This document shows positions 18,816 to 29,772 of a stretch of DNA of 39,242 nucleotides, in pieces; positions within the stretch are counted from its first letter, which is position 1, and every line of letters begins with the position of its first letter. The translations under genes and the position numbers were made by a program. Where the stretch lies: the NCBI GenBank assembly GCA_051652765.1, contig JBOFUV010000057.1, positions 1-39,242 on the forward strand, read 5' to 3'. This DNA is from Microcoleaceae cyanobacterium (GTDB lineage Bacteria; Cyanobacteriota; Cyanobacteriia; Cyanobacteriales; Microcoleaceae). The notes under the pieces were generated by a model, which was not told the DNA's origin, searched no databases, and saw nothing but the letters and a program-made list of their open reading frames with translations.

Positions 18816-21026
18816 ATGACAGCCGCAGTTCCGCAGACCGCATCCGCCGCACCAGAATTTTGTCAAGGAATTCAATACTTTAGTGAAACCTTTCCTGATC
18901 TTGAGCTTTATGGAAAAGCCCCCGCAATTGAAGAGGGGAAGACAGCCATTTCCGACCCCAGCGATCTCGGTAGCGCCTATCAAACCCTATTGATGGCAGA
19001 TGCCCTCCGATACCTAACCCTGCAAGTGACTGGAAGCAAGGCTTCTGGGCATCCTGGAGGGTTTGCCAGCCAAGCAGAAGCCTATGCCTCCCTCGTGATG
19101 TTGGGCTACAAAAATATTATGACGGAGGTGGGACATCATGCCCCCGGATTCTACAGTGCGATGTTTTTGGATCGATCCTTGGAAGACATGGGAATTGATA
19201 CGGTGCAGCAATTGTGCGATCGCTTCCGAGAAATGCACGGGCTGCTGGGTCATCTCTCTGGCTTCATTCCGGGGTTATTAAATCCAGCAGGCCCCCTCGG
19301 TCAGGGTCAACACTTTGCCATGGCTGCCGCCTTGCTCCATCGCAAGACCTTGTTCCCCTTCACGTTAGGCGATGGAGGCATGGGAGAACCCTATCCGATG
19401 AGCGCCATGATTCATTTCAATACCGCCTATCCTACCGTCACCAACTTTCTCCCGATTCTGGTCTGGAATGGATACAGTCAGGAACATCACAGCATGGTCT
19501 CGACCAAATCCAATATGGATATGATTACCTACTGGAAAGGCAATGGCTTTGCCGAAGTTGTGCTGGTGGATGCCAAAGATTTTGATGACCAAGATCAGTC
19601 TGGAGACTACGTTGATAGCACTGCATTTTCCCTGGAAAACCGGATTGAATTCACCAAAGCAGTCCTACAAGGAGTTGACCGAGCTGCAAAATCAGCCCTA
19701 GAAGGGAAATTAACCGTCTTCATCCTCAAACAGTTAAAGGGCGCAGGAGTTCATGATCGGGGGGCAAAATCCCACAATCTCTATCCTAAGGACACCCTGG
19801 ACAGTCCCCACATGATTGAGGCTCTGAAAACACGGGCACTACCGCCCAAAGCTTGGGAACTGGTGCGAACAAATGCCGTTCGGGCGGGGGGTGGGCCTGC
19901 AGCTAAAACAGTAGTAACCGAGTCTGAATATCCTCTGCCTGTTCTCGGGGAACTTCCCCTAGAGGAATATCCTGTGGGCGACAAACAGGTTGCCACAACG
20001 GCCATGGGGACTTTAGTGGCTTACGTTGGTCAGAATGATCCCAAGTTTTTGGTCACTAATGCTGACGGGAATGCCGCTTCCGGGATTAACAATATCAACC
20101 AAGCCTTGAAAATCATTCACCCGACCGCCGATGCAACCTATTTTCAAGGGCCAAGTGGCCAAGTGTATGAACCCTTGAGCGAGGATGCCTGCGCTGGATT
20201 GGCCGTGGGATTGGCTTTGATGGGAGCCAGAACCCTCTGGTGTTCCTATGAATCTTTCGTGATTAACGGTTTGCCTGTGTTGCAGACTGTCACTCAGGCC
20301 ATGGCCGAACTCCGCCATCTTACGCCTTCAGTGGTAACGTTGTTCACAGCAGGAGCCCTAGAACAGGGACGTAATGGCTGGACGCACCAACGTCCAGAAA
20401 TCGAAGCCTACTTTGCTGCCATGATCCGAAATGGGAATATCTTTGCCCTTTTCCCAACAGATGCCAATAGCATTCAGATCTGTTATGACTGGGCGTTGAC
20501 AACGAAAAATAAAGGAATTATCATCACTGCCAGCAAATCTCCCCTACCCATCCGCACGACTTTTGAGCAAACCCGTCAAGGACTGCAAGATGGCGCTGTG
20601 CTTCTGCAAGAGTTGCCGGGAACCAAAACCATCGTATTTGCAGTGATTGGGGACATGACTTTGGTTCCAGTCTATGAAGCTGCAGAACAACTGCAAGCCC
20701 AAGGCGTTGGTTCAAAGATTGTGTCAGTGCTCAATCCTCGGCGGTTGTATCGCCCGAATGATGTTGCCTGGGAGACCTGTTCTGAACCGGATGGTCAGTT
20801 CCTGGATGATGTTGGGTTTGAGGCGTTGTTTGGGGGAGATGGATTAATTGGAGTGACGGGAGGTGCAAGCCTAATGCTAGAGCCGATTCTACTCCGCAGC
20901 ACCTTGAAGCGGGATACTTTCGCTTGGAAACGAGGCGAAACAACCGCAAGTGCGACTCAACTCATGGCCTTTAATGGATTAACATCAGAGGCTCTGGTTA
21001 ACCGAGCCAAAGAATTGATCGCCTAG
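18816..21026 (+). CDS. Phosphoketolase/transketolase-like ThDP-dependent enzyme (Synechocystis Sll0529-like)
   Basis: SGHPGG, GHHAPG, GPLGQG, ThDP motif GDGG...WNG, EPLSEDAC, SYESF and RNGWTHQRP. Confidence 0.85.
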   Translation: MTAAVPQTASAAPEFCQGIQYFSETFPDLELYGKAPAIEEGKTAISDPSDLGSAYQTLLMADALRYLTLQVTGSKASGHPGGFASQAEAYASLVMLGYKNIMTEVGHHAPGFYSAMFLDRSLEDMGIDTVQQLCDRFREMHGLLGHLSGFIPGLLNPAGPLGQGQHFAMAAALLHRKTLFPFTLGDGGMGEPYPMSAMIHFNTAYPTVTNFLPILVWNGYSQEHHSMVSTKSNMDMITYWKGNGFAEVVLVDAKDFDDQDQSGDYVDSTAFSLENRIEFTKAVLQGVDRAAKSALEGKLTVFILKQLKGAGVHDRGAKSHNLYPKDTLDSPHMIEALKTRALPPKAWELVRTNAVRAGGGPAAKTVVTESEYPLPVLGELPLEEYPVGDKQVATTAMGTLVAYVGQNDPKFLVTNADGNAASGINNINQALKIIHPTADATYFQGPSGQVYEPLSEDACAGLAVGLALMGARTLWCSYESFVINGLPVLQTVTQAMAELRHLTPSVVTLFTAGALEQGRNGWTHQRPEIEAYFAAMIRNGNIFALFPTDANSIQICYDWALTTKNKGIIITASKSPLPIRTTFEQTRQGLQDGAVLLQELPGTKTIVFAVIGDMTLVPVYEAAEQLQAQGVGSKIVSVLNPRRLYRPNDVAWETCSEPDGQFLDDVGFEALFGGDGLIGVTGGASLMLEPILLRSTLKRDTFAWKRGETTASATQLMAFNGLTSEALVNRAKELIA

Positions 21027-21066
21027 GCAAATGCGAACTTGACTTCTAACTTCAAGTCATCCTTAG

Positions 21067-21095
21067 TTAACGTGAATTCAGGAAATTCACGTTAA
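21067..21095. terminator. Hairpin between convergent genes
   Basis: ttaacgtgaatt-cagga-aattcacgttaa, a 12-bp perfect stem. Confidence 0.6.
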
Positions 21096-21133
21096 TTAGA
21101 ACCCAAAAAGACTTCTGTCAAACACTGTTAATC

Positions 21134-21589
21134 CTATGCCTGACAAGTCCAATTTGGACTATGTAAATCGTTCGGCTCACCCACTTTAATGACTGAAATC
21201 GTGACTTGCTCCTCTTGACCATTAAACTTGGTGTTTAAAAAGAAAGAACACAGTTTGCAAGCTTCTAGTACACCTAAAGTTATAGTGTCATCATACCCAT
21301 TGAGAACGACCCAACCCGCTAGAACTAGCTTATTCGTCTTCAATTTTTTGAACACGCCATCATATAGCCAAAGCATCACGAGAGGTGCAACTTTCTGATC
21401 ATCCCATGTTGCATCATCCAACAAAAACTCACGAATTCGTAGCACATAGATACCTGGCTCTAGAACTCTTGCTCCCCTCGCTTGCTGGACTTCCATCATT
21501 TGCTTAGAAAACAGGTGATAGAAATTTTCATCACTGTCTACAACAAAGTCAGTAACCTGAGTTGTCCAGTTGAGATTTGTCATTGTCAT
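21134..21589 (-). CDS. Hypothetical protein (beta-rich, cyanobacterial family from recall)
   Basis: NWTTQVT, LEPGIYVLRI, PLVMLWLY and LNGYDDTITL; ATG 21589 preceded by AAGGGG. Confidence 0.7.
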   Translation of the reverse strand: MTMTNLNWTTQVTDFVVDSDENFYHLFSKQMMEVQQARGARVLEPGIYVLRIREFLLDDATWDDQKVAPLVMLWLYDGVFKKLKTNKLVLAGWVVLNGYDDTITLGVLEACKLCSFFLNTKFNGQEEQVTISVIKVGEPNDLHSPNWTCQA

Positions 21590-22092
21590 CTTAACGGTGC
21601 CCCTTCTATCCAAGCATTTCAACTTAAATGCAAAACCAAACGTAAAAAACTAGCAATATTAAAGTTGGTCTCTTTAAACTTAGCTTAAAAAACTAGTCTG
21701 AAAGGCATTTTGATATCAAAGTTTGATTCCAAAGCAATGTAAAGTAATGCCAAAGAAAACCTGGTTCATCATCCTAAAAAACCAGGACTCAACCCTCAGT
21801 CCATTGCTAAGATAGGAAATAATCAAAACTTAGAACTATGTCTAGCTATTAATAGTTAGTATAGCACTTCGATCTAAGTCGTAAAGTTTTACGATTGGCA
21901 TCTTGCCTACATCAACATCGTCTTCTGAAGACTCTTTAGGTAGAAGACAAGAGAATCACTCTAGTTCCTATGAATCATTTAGGATTGAATCGGCAAATTA
22001 CAATCTGTTGATCTTGAAAAGAAAAGCGTTGTTGTAACCTAACACATGTATCTTGTTGTGGCAACCTAACAAACTTAATATATTAGTTCTCA

Positions 22093-22195
22093 TATAGCAA
22101 TCGATAATGATTGATGAGGTGTTTGTGGTGCAGACTTCTAGCCTGCGCGGGCAAGCTGATCAATCCACATTCAGACTTCAAATTAGATTGCTATA
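22093..22195. mobile_element. MITE-like element with TATAGCAATC terminal inverted repeats
   Basis: tatagcaatc (22093-22102) and gattgctata (22186-22195) are perfect 10-bp IRs around a non-coding core with a REP-like fragment (tgtggtgcagacttctagcctgc). Confidence 0.65.
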
Positions 22196-22675
22196 GTTCT
22201 AAACAGATCATTGATCTCCAGCACACTAAAAGTTTTCGCAACACACAAAGTTATGATCCTTTATCTTCATCGTAAAGATATTTTTACATTTCTTCATGAT
22301 GAACGGCTTGATATCCTATTTTCCCCATTTTATTTTGGTAGCATCGTTGTCTTAAAACTCATGGGATTAACATCGCGACTGCATAGGTGACTTCCATAAG
22401 ATTTCTAGTCTGAACTGACCTACTGTGCCATGAAGAAAAACTAAAATTTATAACATCTACTGAGAGAAGATCCACCTGAGAGGTGCCCTGAATCCCTCAG
22501 GCTTTCAGGGAATTTCAGCCCAAGAGCAGCACAACTTCTGATTGCATTGTCCCTGCACACATTTCCACTCCCCTGCTACCATGACATCTAGGAATCAATC
22601 TTGAGCTGTTATTTCAGTCCGTTGATTCTGCTTAAATTTTCAACGTTAATCACGGCTAGGGCGGGTATTTAAAAT

Positions 22676-24589
22676 ATGCATTTGAGTGAAATTACTCATC
22701 CCAATCAACTTCATGGTCTGTCGGTTCATGAGCTGCAAGAAATCGCTCGACAGATTCGTGAACGGCATCTTGAAACCGTTGCTATTACTGGAGGGCACTT
22801 GGGGCCTGGGTTAGGAGTGGTTGAACTGACATTAGGACTGTATCAAACCCTGGATTTGGATCGGGACAAGGTGATCTGGGATGTAGGACACCAAGCCTAT
22901 CCCCATAAAATGTTAACTGGGCGCTATGCCAATTTTCATACGCTGCGGCAGAAAGATGGGGTTGCTGGATACCTCAAGCGCTGTGAAAGTACTTTTGATC
23001 ATTTTGGGGCGGGACATGCCTCCACAAGTATCTCTGCGGCATTGGGCATGGCTTTAGCTCGGGATGCAAAGGAAGAGAACTTTAAGGTCGTTGCGGTGAT
23101 TGGGGATGGGGCGTTAACGGGAGGGATGGCTTTAGAAGCCATTAACCATTCGGGTCACTTGCCTCACACCAATCTGATGGTCGTCCTGAATGACAACGAA
23201 ATGTCCATCTCGCCCAATGTGGGTGCCATTCCCCGCTACCTGAATAAAATGCGCCTCAGCCCCCCTGTGCAGTTTCTGAAAGATAATTTACGGGAACAAT
23301 TCAAGCAAATTCCCTTTGTTGGCGAAACCTTCACACCGGAAATGGAACGCTTGAAAGAAGGCATGAAACGGTTGGCGGTTCCTAAAGTGGGCGCAATCAT
23401 TGAAGAATTGGGCTTTACCTACTTAGGGCCAGTCGATGGCCATAATCTAGAAGAACTGATTGAAACCTTCAAACAGGGTCATAAAATCAGAGGCCCGGTA
23501 CTCGTCCATGTGGCCACAGTCAAAGGCAAAGGCTATGCGATCGCCGAGGAAGATCAAGTTGGCTACCATGCTCAATCTCCCTTTAACTTGGTGACCGGAA
23601 AAGCCATTCCGTCCAGCAAACCCAAGCCCCCTGGATATTCCTCAGTGTTTGCTCAGACCCTGGTGAAATTGGCAGAAGACAACCCCAGAATTCTAGGGAT
23701 CACAGCAGCCATGGCCACTGGAACAGGTTTAGACAAATTACAAGCCAAGTTGCCTCAGCAGTATATTGATGTGGGTATCGCCGAACAACATGCAGTGACC
23801 TTGGCAGCGGGGTTGGCCTGTGAGGGAATGCGCCCCGTTGTAACCATTTACTCGACATTCCTACAACGAGCCTACGATCAGATTATTCATGATGTCTGCA
23901 TTCAGAATCTACCTGTATTTTTCTGCTTGGATCGGGCAGGAATTGTCGGTGCAGATGGCCCAACCCACCAAGGCATGTATGATATTGCCTACCTGCGATG
24001 TTTGCCCAACATGGTTATCATGGCTCCCAAAGACGAGGCTGAATTGCAGCGGATGCTGGTCACTGGCATCACTCATACTGCTGGGCCAATTGCCATGCGG
24101 TATCCACGGGGTTCGGGTATTGGTGTGCCTTTGATGGAAGAAGGATGGGAGCCTCTTCCTATCGGGAAGGGTGAGATCCTGCGGAATGGGGATGATTTGT
24201 TGTTGATTGGGTATGGAGCAATGGTTTATCCAGCCCTACAAATTGCTGAAATCTTGAGTGAACATGGCGTTGAAGCAACAGTTGTCAATGCTCGGTTTGT
24301 CAAGCCTTTGGATACGGAGTTAATTCTGCCTTTGGCCCAGCAAATTAGAAAAGTTGTCACCCTGGAGGAAGGCTGTTTGCCCGGAGGATTTGGCACCGCA
24401 GTGGCTGAAGCCTTGTTGGATCATGACATTTTGATCCCAATCAAGCGCTTTGGGATTCCGGATCAACTGGTTGATCATGCTAAACCCGAGGAATCCAAAG
24501 CAGATTTGGGCTTGACCAATCCGCAAATTGTCGAGCAAATTTTGCTGCAACTGTTCCAACAGAGTCAGCAGCCTTCTGTGGTGAGTTAG
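22676..24589 (+). CDS. dxs: 1-deoxy-D-xylulose-5-phosphate synthase
   Basis: [55 protein letters not shown] and [15 protein letters not shown]. Confidence 0.98.
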   Translation: MHLSEITHPNQLHGLSVHELQEIARQIRERHLETVAITGGHLGPGLGVVELTLGLYQTLDLDRDKVIWDVGHQAYPHKMLTGRYANFHTLRQKDGVAGYLKRCESTFDHFGAGHASTSISAALGMALARDAKEENFKVVAVIGDGALTGGMALEAINHSGHLPHTNLMVVLNDNEMSISPNVGAIPRYLNKMRLSPPVQFLKDNLREQFKQIPFVGETFTPEMERLKEGMKRLAVPKVGAIIEELGFTYLGPVDGHNLEELIETFKQGHKIRGPVLVHVATVKGKGYAIAEEDQVGYHAQSPFNLVTGKAIPSSKPKPPGYSSVFAQTLVKLAEDNPRILGITAAMATGTGLDKLQAKLPQQYIDVGIAEQHAVTLAAGLACEGMRPVVTIYSTFLQRAYDQIIHDVCIQNLPVFFCLDRAGIVGADGPTHQGMYDIAYLRCLPNMVIMAPKDEAELQRMLVTGITHTAGPIAMRYPRGSGIGVPLMEEGWEPLPIGKGEILRNGDDLLLIGYGAMVYPALQIAEILSEHGVEATVVNARFVKPLDTELILPLAQQIRKVVTLEEGCLPGGFGTAVAEALLDHDILIPIKRFGIPDQLVDHAKPEESKADLGLTNPQIVEQILLQLFQQSQQPSVVS

Positions 24590-24629
24590 TCATTGCACTC
24601 GGGCCAAATAGGGGGTTGTGTAACTCATT

Positions 24630-24816
24630 GCCCCCTTCACCCCCAAATGGATTTTCTAATTAATGATGCCTAGACACTTACAGCAGTTTTAGTGCAGTAT
24701 TATTTTAGACTCTCAACGTCCCTCTCCTGCTTTGGGAGAGGGACTTTTAATTCAAAACCTTTGCTTAAAGTAAAGTCTCTTGCCCCTTGTGGACAAAAGC
24801 CTTTGTGGGTGAGGGG
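24630..24816. repeat. Degenerate CCCTCTCC/GGAGAGGG-type palindromic repeat element
   Basis: gtccctctcc/ggagagggac (24718-24744); outer cccttcaccc (24633-24642) and gggtgagggg (24807-24816). Confidence 0.55.
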
Positions 24817-27564
24817 TTAATCAGTTGGATCAATCCGATTAACTAATGCTGCCCAGAGAATCATGGGAGCACCCACGATTAAACAAAAGAACCATTGATT
24901 CAAGCTTAATGGAGCTGTTGCAAAGATAGTGTTAACAATTGGAACATGGGCGAAGATAATTTGCAGAATAATTGCCCCAATGATTCCTAAGCCAATAGCT
25001 GGAACATCTCCCGCCTCTGAACCTTTGTCACGCAACCTGGCCATCAAGTTTGGGATCAGTTGACTGATGCTCAACATATAGAAAATTCGTCCGGCAATCA
25101 GCGCGTTAATGGCCATGGTGCGAGCAAGGGGCAAACTGCCCGTTGTAGACTTAATGTGTTCAAACACGCCAAAAATTACAATCCAATTAAAGAGGGAAAT
25201 CGCCAAAATCCGCATCAACCGAGGTTTTGATAACAGGGCTTCATTGGGGTCACGGGGTGGTTGTGCCATCACATGGGGCGATTTGGGTTCAAAGGCCAGG
25301 GGAACCGTCATCGTAATTGAGTTGAGCATGTTTAGCCAGAGAATTTGCAGGGAGAGAATTGGCAAATCCCGAACCAACAGTGTACTCAGCAAAATTGTCA
25401 TGGATTCCCCACCGTTCACGGGCAGAATAAAACTAATCGCTTTCAACAGATTCTTGTAAACGGCGCGACCTTCTTCCACCGCCGCTTCAATGGAGGCAAA
25501 GTTGTCATCTGTGAGCAACATATCCGCTGCTTCTTTGGCAACTTCCGTTCCAGTTTGTCCCATGGCAATTCCAATATCTGCCTGTTTCAACGCCGGGGCA
25601 TCGTTTACTCCATCTCCAGTCATTGCTACGACTTCACCTTTGGATTGCAGGGCTTCTACCAGTTTCAACTTCTGTTCGGGGGCAACTCGAGCAAAGACAG
25701 AACCCACTTCAATGGCTTCCGCCAACTCTCTGGGGGTCAGGGCGGCCAGTTCAGTTCCCGTGTAGGCGATGACATTACCATCTTTATTGATACCCATACG
25801 GCGGGCGATCGCGCTAGCCGTTACGGCGTGATCTCCGGTGATCATTTTCACCTGTATTCCAGCCCGTTGGCAGGCTTGTACTGCCTTGGTGGCATTGTCT
25901 CGAGGAGGATCAATCATGCCCTGCAATCCCAGAAAGGTTAGCTCCTCAGTAATATCCGCGTGCTGCAAGAGAGTCTGGTGATGGGGAACGGGACGTTTGG
26001 CTAGGGCGAGAACCCGCAATCCTTTTTCTGCCATGGCCATGACTTGTTTGTCAATGGCAGGGCGGGGTATTTGATCGATACAGTCGAAGGGATGATGTTC
26101 CCCGCTAGGGCTGAGAACGTAGTTGCACCGTTTGAGGATGGCTTCAACCGATCCTTTGACATAAATCGTGTTGCCATCAGGGGTTTGGTGTAAGGTGGCC
26201 ATGTACTGAAAGTCAGACTCAAAGGGAATTGAGTCTAACCGAGGGCGTTCCTGGCTCAGATCCCCTTGGTTCAAGCCCGTTTTCTCGGCGGCGGCAATCA
26301 GGGCTCCTTCCGTTGGATCACCCATGACTTCCCAGCGATTCCCTTTCCGTTCTAAATAGGAGTCGTTGCACAGTAACCCAGCGATTAAACATTCTTCTAG
26401 GGCGGGTTCATGGGCAATCTCCACAGGCTTGCCGTTATCCAAAATCTCACCGTAGGGAGAGTAGCCAATTCCATTTACCGGGTAATGTTTCCCCCCTGCA
26501 AAGATGTCCTGTACCGTCATCTGATTTTCGGTCAGGGTTCCAGTTTTGTCTGAACAAATCACCGTGGCGCTGCCCAGGGTCTCTACCGCCGGGAGTTTTC
26601 GCAAGATCGCGTTCCGGTTAGCCATGCGGGAAACACCAATCGCTAGGGTAATTGTAATCACTGCGGGTAACCCTTCGGGAATGGCACTCACCGTCAGGGC
26701 AACGGCAGCTTCCAGAGCCTCCTTTAAATCTTTAGACTGCCAGCCCACGAGGAAGGTGACAGTGGCTAAACCTAGAACGACAAATAACCAACGATGGATG
26801 AAGTGGTTGAATTTACGAGTTAAAGGAGTCGAGATGGCATAGTGCTGTTCCATCAACTGGGAAATTTGCCCAGTCTCAGTTTGGTTCCCGGTGGCGACAA
26901 CAACCCCGGTTCCCTGACCAAAGGTAACAAACCCCCCGGCATAAGCCATGTTCCCTCTATCTCCCAAACTAATATCGCTGGGTAGCACGTTTACGGATTT
27001 TGTGACGGCGACAGACTCCCCAGTGAGGGCCGACTCATTGATCAGCAAGTCCCTAGATTTAATCAACCGCAAATCCGCTGGAACTTTGTCCCCCGAGGTG
27101 AGCATCACAATATCCCCTGGCACCAAATCACTGGAGGAAATCCGGAGTTTCTTGCCATTCCGAATCACGGTTGCTTCTGTTCTGACGGCTTTAGCCAGAG
27201 CCGCGATCGCACCTTCCGCCTTGGATTCTTGTACAAAGCCAATTAAGGCATTCGTCGTAGTGACCCCCCAAATTACAGCGGCATTCACAAATTCGCCGAG
27301 TAGCGCCTTAACTGCCCCTGCCCCCAACAGGATATAGAGGAGCGGTTGATTAAATTGCAGCAAAAACCTTAGCCACAGGGGTTGAGGCGGTTTTCCCTTG
27401 AGTTCATTTGCACCGTACTGATCAAACCGGGCCTGAACCTGTTCGGAACTGAGTCCCTGAACCGGATTGCTTTTGAGTTGGGCGAGGACAGTGGGAATTT
27501 CTAAGGCGTGCCAAGCCGCTGGTGTGATTGGAGGAGTAGGTTTTGATAGTGTCACCATGGACAT
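24817..27564 (-). CDS. Cation-transporting P-type ATPase (type II; Pma1/PacL-like)
   Basis: TGES, PEGL, DKTGTLT, GDPTE, KG, DPPR, MITGD and [10 protein letters not shown]. Confidence 0.96.
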   Translation of the reverse strand: MSMVTLSKPTPPITPAAWHALEIPTVLAQLKSNPVQGLSSEQVQARFDQYGANELKGKPPQPLWLRFLLQFNQPLLYILLGAGAVKALLGEFVNAAVIWGVTTTNALIGFVQESKAEGAIAALAKAVRTEATVIRNGKKLRISSSDLVPGDIVMLTSGDKVPADLRLIKSRDLLINESALTGESVAVTKSVNVLPSDISLGDRGNMAYAGGFVTFGQGTGVVVATGNQTETGQISQLMEQHYAISTPLTRKFNHFIHRWLFVVLGLATVTFLVGWQSKDLKEALEAAVALTVSAIPEGLPAVITITLAIGVSRMANRNAILRKLPAVETLGSATVICSDKTGTLTENQMTVQDIFAGGKHYPVNGIGYSPYGEILDNGKPVEIAHEPALEECLIAGLLCNDSYLERKGNRWEVMGDPTEGALIAAAEKTGLNQGDLSQERPRLDSIPFESDFQYMATLHQTPDGNTIYVKGSVEAILKRCNYVLSPSGEHHPFDCIDQIPRPAIDKQVMAMAEKGLRVLALAKRPVPHHQTLLQHADITEELTFLGLQGMIDPPRDNATKAVQACQRAGIQVKMITGDHAVTASAIARRMGINKDGNVIAYTGTELAALTPRELAEAIEVGSVFARVAPEQKLKLVEALQSKGEVVAMTGDGVNDAPALKQADIGIAMGQTGTEVAKEAADMLLTDDNFASIEAAVEEGRAVYKNLLKAISFILPVNGGESMTILLSTLLVRDLPILSLQILWLNMLNSITMTVPLAFEPKSPHVMAQPPRDPNEALLSKPRLMRILAISLFNWIVIFGVFEHIKSTTGSLPLARTMAINALIAGRIFYMLSISQLIPNLMARLRDKGSEAGDVPAIGLGIIGAIILQIIFAHVPIVNTIFATAPLSLNQWFFCLIVGAPMILWAALVNRIDPTD

Positions 27565-27602
27565 TTATTAAAATTTAAGTTCTACAATACTTTTAGCACG
27601 AT

Positions 27603-27634
27603 TAAACAGTGCCAAACTAGTTTGGCACTGTTTA
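27603..27634. promoter_or_regulatory. Perfect 32-bp palindrome, candidate operator
   Basis: TAAACAGTGCCAAACT|AGTTTGGCACTGTTTA, centred in the 107-bp divergent intergenic region. Confidence 0.7.
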
Positions 27635-27671
27635 GTATTTCTTATGTATCTAGTTACGTTTTATAAGTGCT

Positions 27672-28856
27672 ATGTCAATAATTACTCCGTTATCGCTGTC
27701 TAGGAATGGTAGTATCAGCAAGTTACCTCGCCCAACTTCTGTTTTGATGGATGTTGCAACCTTCTCTGCTCCCCTAGAACTGTTTGGTAGACAGATTCAG
27801 TTTCAGCAGCTTGCCCAAGCCCTAGCTCGCAACCGCAACGTTTTAGTGGCGGGAGTTCCAGGCAGTGGTCGGCGGACTCTGGTGCGGCGTGCTGTAGCGG
27901 AAGTTGAAGGCAAGATTTTAGAGGTGGATTGCATTCGGGCCACGGATGGGCCAAGACTCATCCAATTGTTTTGTGAGGGGATTAGTCAAGCTGTTAAAAG
28001 TCCTGCAGGAGTTGCTTTTTTGCAGGAATGGATGAATAACGTTGCGGTTGAGTTTTTAAATCTACCCCTTGCCCAGTCTGGGAACTCTCGGTTGCAGTTG
28101 AAGCCTGATCTCGTCCCCGAACAACTTTGGCAAGTCTATGAACTGTTGTTGCAGTTCCCGCAACAGTTGGCAACTTCTGTACAGCGGCAGGTGGTATTAG
28201 TGCTGCATGGCTTTCCTCATATTCGATCTTGGGATCGAAATGGGGAGTGGGAACAGTTACTCCTCGATACGATTTGTCAGCAAACCGCCGTGAGCTATGT
28301 GTTGGTGACAACCATTGCCGAGACTAGCTTACCTAAGGCCGACTTGAGCAAAGATTTAACTGTTGTGCAACTTACGCCCCTAGCGGATGAGGTGGTAGCT
28401 GCCTGGGCCCAAGATGTACTACATCAAGAGAAACTTAGCTTTGATTTGCGATCGCAAGCTCTAGAGCGGTTTCTCTCAGCCGTTCAAGGTCACATTGGAG
28501 ATGCTTCGTCAGTTGTGCGCCGATTGCAAACGATTCGGAAATCCACTCACTTGATTGGGAATATCGAGATTGAAACGGTATTACAAGAGTTACTGACGGA
28601 TTTGTCTACCGTCTTTGAATCATTATTGGTACTCTTGCCTTCATCCCAGGCCCAACTGCTAGAATCTCTTGCCCTTGATCCTACTGACAAACCTCAAAGC
28701 CGAGATTACGTCAACAAGCATCATCTGTGTCGCGGGGGGAGCTTGCAAGGGGCGATCGCGGGGCTCCAGCACAAAGGGTTAATATATGGGCCAGAGCTAG
28801 GCTATCAGCTTGCTCTACCTCTGTTCGCCCTCTGGATTCGTCAGCGATTGAGCTAG
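27672..28856 (+). CDS. P-loop NTPase-fold protein (archaeal-ATPase/STAND-like) with degenerate Walker motifs and probable C-terminal winged helix
   Basis: FGRQ pre-P-loop motif, GVPGSGRRT, VVLVLHGFPH, and GSLQGAIAGLQHKGLI...YQLALPLFALWI; alternative start at 27747. Confidence 0.85.
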   Translation: MSIITPLSLSRNGSISKLPRPTSVLMDVATFSAPLELFGRQIQFQQLAQALARNRNVLVAGVPGSGRRTLVRRAVAEVEGKILEVDCIRATDGPRLIQLFCEGISQAVKSPAGVAFLQEWMNNVAVEFLNLPLAQSGNSRLQLKPDLVPEQLWQVYELLLQFPQQLATSVQRQVVLVLHGFPHIRSWDRNGEWEQLLLDTICQQTAVSYVLVTTIAETSLPKADLSKDLTVVQLTPLADEVVAAWAQDVLHQEKLSFDLRSQALERFLSAVQGHIGDASSVVRRLQTIRKSTHLIGNIEIETVLQELLTDLSTVFESLLVLLPSSQAQLLESLALDPTDKPQSRDYVNKHHLCRGGSLQGAIAGLQHKGLIYGPELGYQLALPLFALWIRQRLS

Positions 28857-29007
28857 GGGATGGCTAGGAAGTGAGTCAAATAAAGCCAAGAGACTCTCAA
28901 AAAAAACTTTCCCAATCTGTAAGGTTCAGACCAGGGAAGTGGGATCAAATCTGTTAAGTTGACGAGACTTAGATATTAGTTTTAAAGACTTAAAGTTAGC
29001 TTCAGCC

Positions 29008-29772
29008 TTACTTTTCAGCTTTTTTCTGACGACGAGCACCCGCCAAGCCAGCGATCCCTAGACCCAACAGTGCAGTTGTGGTGGTGGGTTCAGGAACCTT
29101 GATTGCGCTTATGTTCTTCTTGCCAAGTTCTAAAGCGATAACAACGTCGTTGTAGTCTTTGTCGCCGCCGCCTTTGATGTCTTCCCAAGCCAGAACAACA
29201 TAGTTATCGATCGCATAGGCCATGGCGTGCTGCAAACCATCTGTATTCAACAAGGTATTGGTGTACCAAATATCGTCTACTTTGCGTTCTGCCGCATCTC
29301 GGTTCAGGAAGAAATCGAGTTGAGTACCTGCTTTGAGAGTTCCTAGACTCTTATAGTCACCCAGACTCAGCACTTCTGTGGGAGCCTTATCACTGCGGTT
29401 GTAGCCTGTGAGACAGGGCTTGTCGAGGCAAACAATATCCTCGAAAACCAGACCGGATTGATTGCTTGCGCCCGTTGCCGTGTAACCGAATTGGTTTCTG
29501 TACATAGCTCCTTCGTGGAGGAAGTGAACCTTCACATCATAATCACCCACCATGAACAGTTTAGCGGGGTCAACTGCGTTCTTGGCAACCCATTTTGGGT
29601 CAAGGGCTTTGGCTTCTTTGTGAATTACACTACCCACTCGGGTCAGTAATTTGTCAAACCCAGAGATTTCTCCGGCTTGATACTGCTTCAAGTCAGCCGC
29701 TCCAGCGGGGGCAGCAGCAGTAACCATGCTTGTTACTAAGGCCGTTAAAGTCGCAATGAATCTAGTTTTCAT
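29008..29772 (-). CDS. PEP-CTERM protein with DUF4114-like domain
   Basis: Signal peptide (...APAGAA), EGAMYRNQFGY, WEDIKGGGDKDYNDVV, then VPEP + TM + RRQKK; AGGAG RBS. Confidence 0.9.
   Translation of the reverse strand: MKTRFIATLTALVTSMVTAAAPAGAADLKQYQAGEISGFDKLLTRVGSVIHKEAKALDPKWVAKNAVDPAKLFMVGDYDVKVHFLHEGAMYRNQFGYTATGASNQSGLVFEDIVCLDKPCLTGYNRSDKAPTEVLSLGDYKSLGTLKAGTQLDFFLNRDAAERKVDDIWYTNTLLNTDGLQHAMAYAIDNYVVLAWEDIKGGGDKDYNDVVIALELGKKNISAIKVPEPTTTTALLGLGIAGLAGARRQKKAEK

Noticed and set aside
22455..22530. TPP or glycine riboswitch upstream of dxs (CTGAGA and CTCAGG words)
   Set aside because: The rest of each aptamer consensus is missing; only two short hairpins are present.
25109..27337. 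Long plus-strand ORFs (up to 198 aa) opposite the P-type ATPase, and similar shadow ORFs opposite glnN, ictB, the pentapeptide gene, minC and minD
   Set aside because: They lie entirely antisense to well-supported genes and show no motifs; typical codon-bias shadows.
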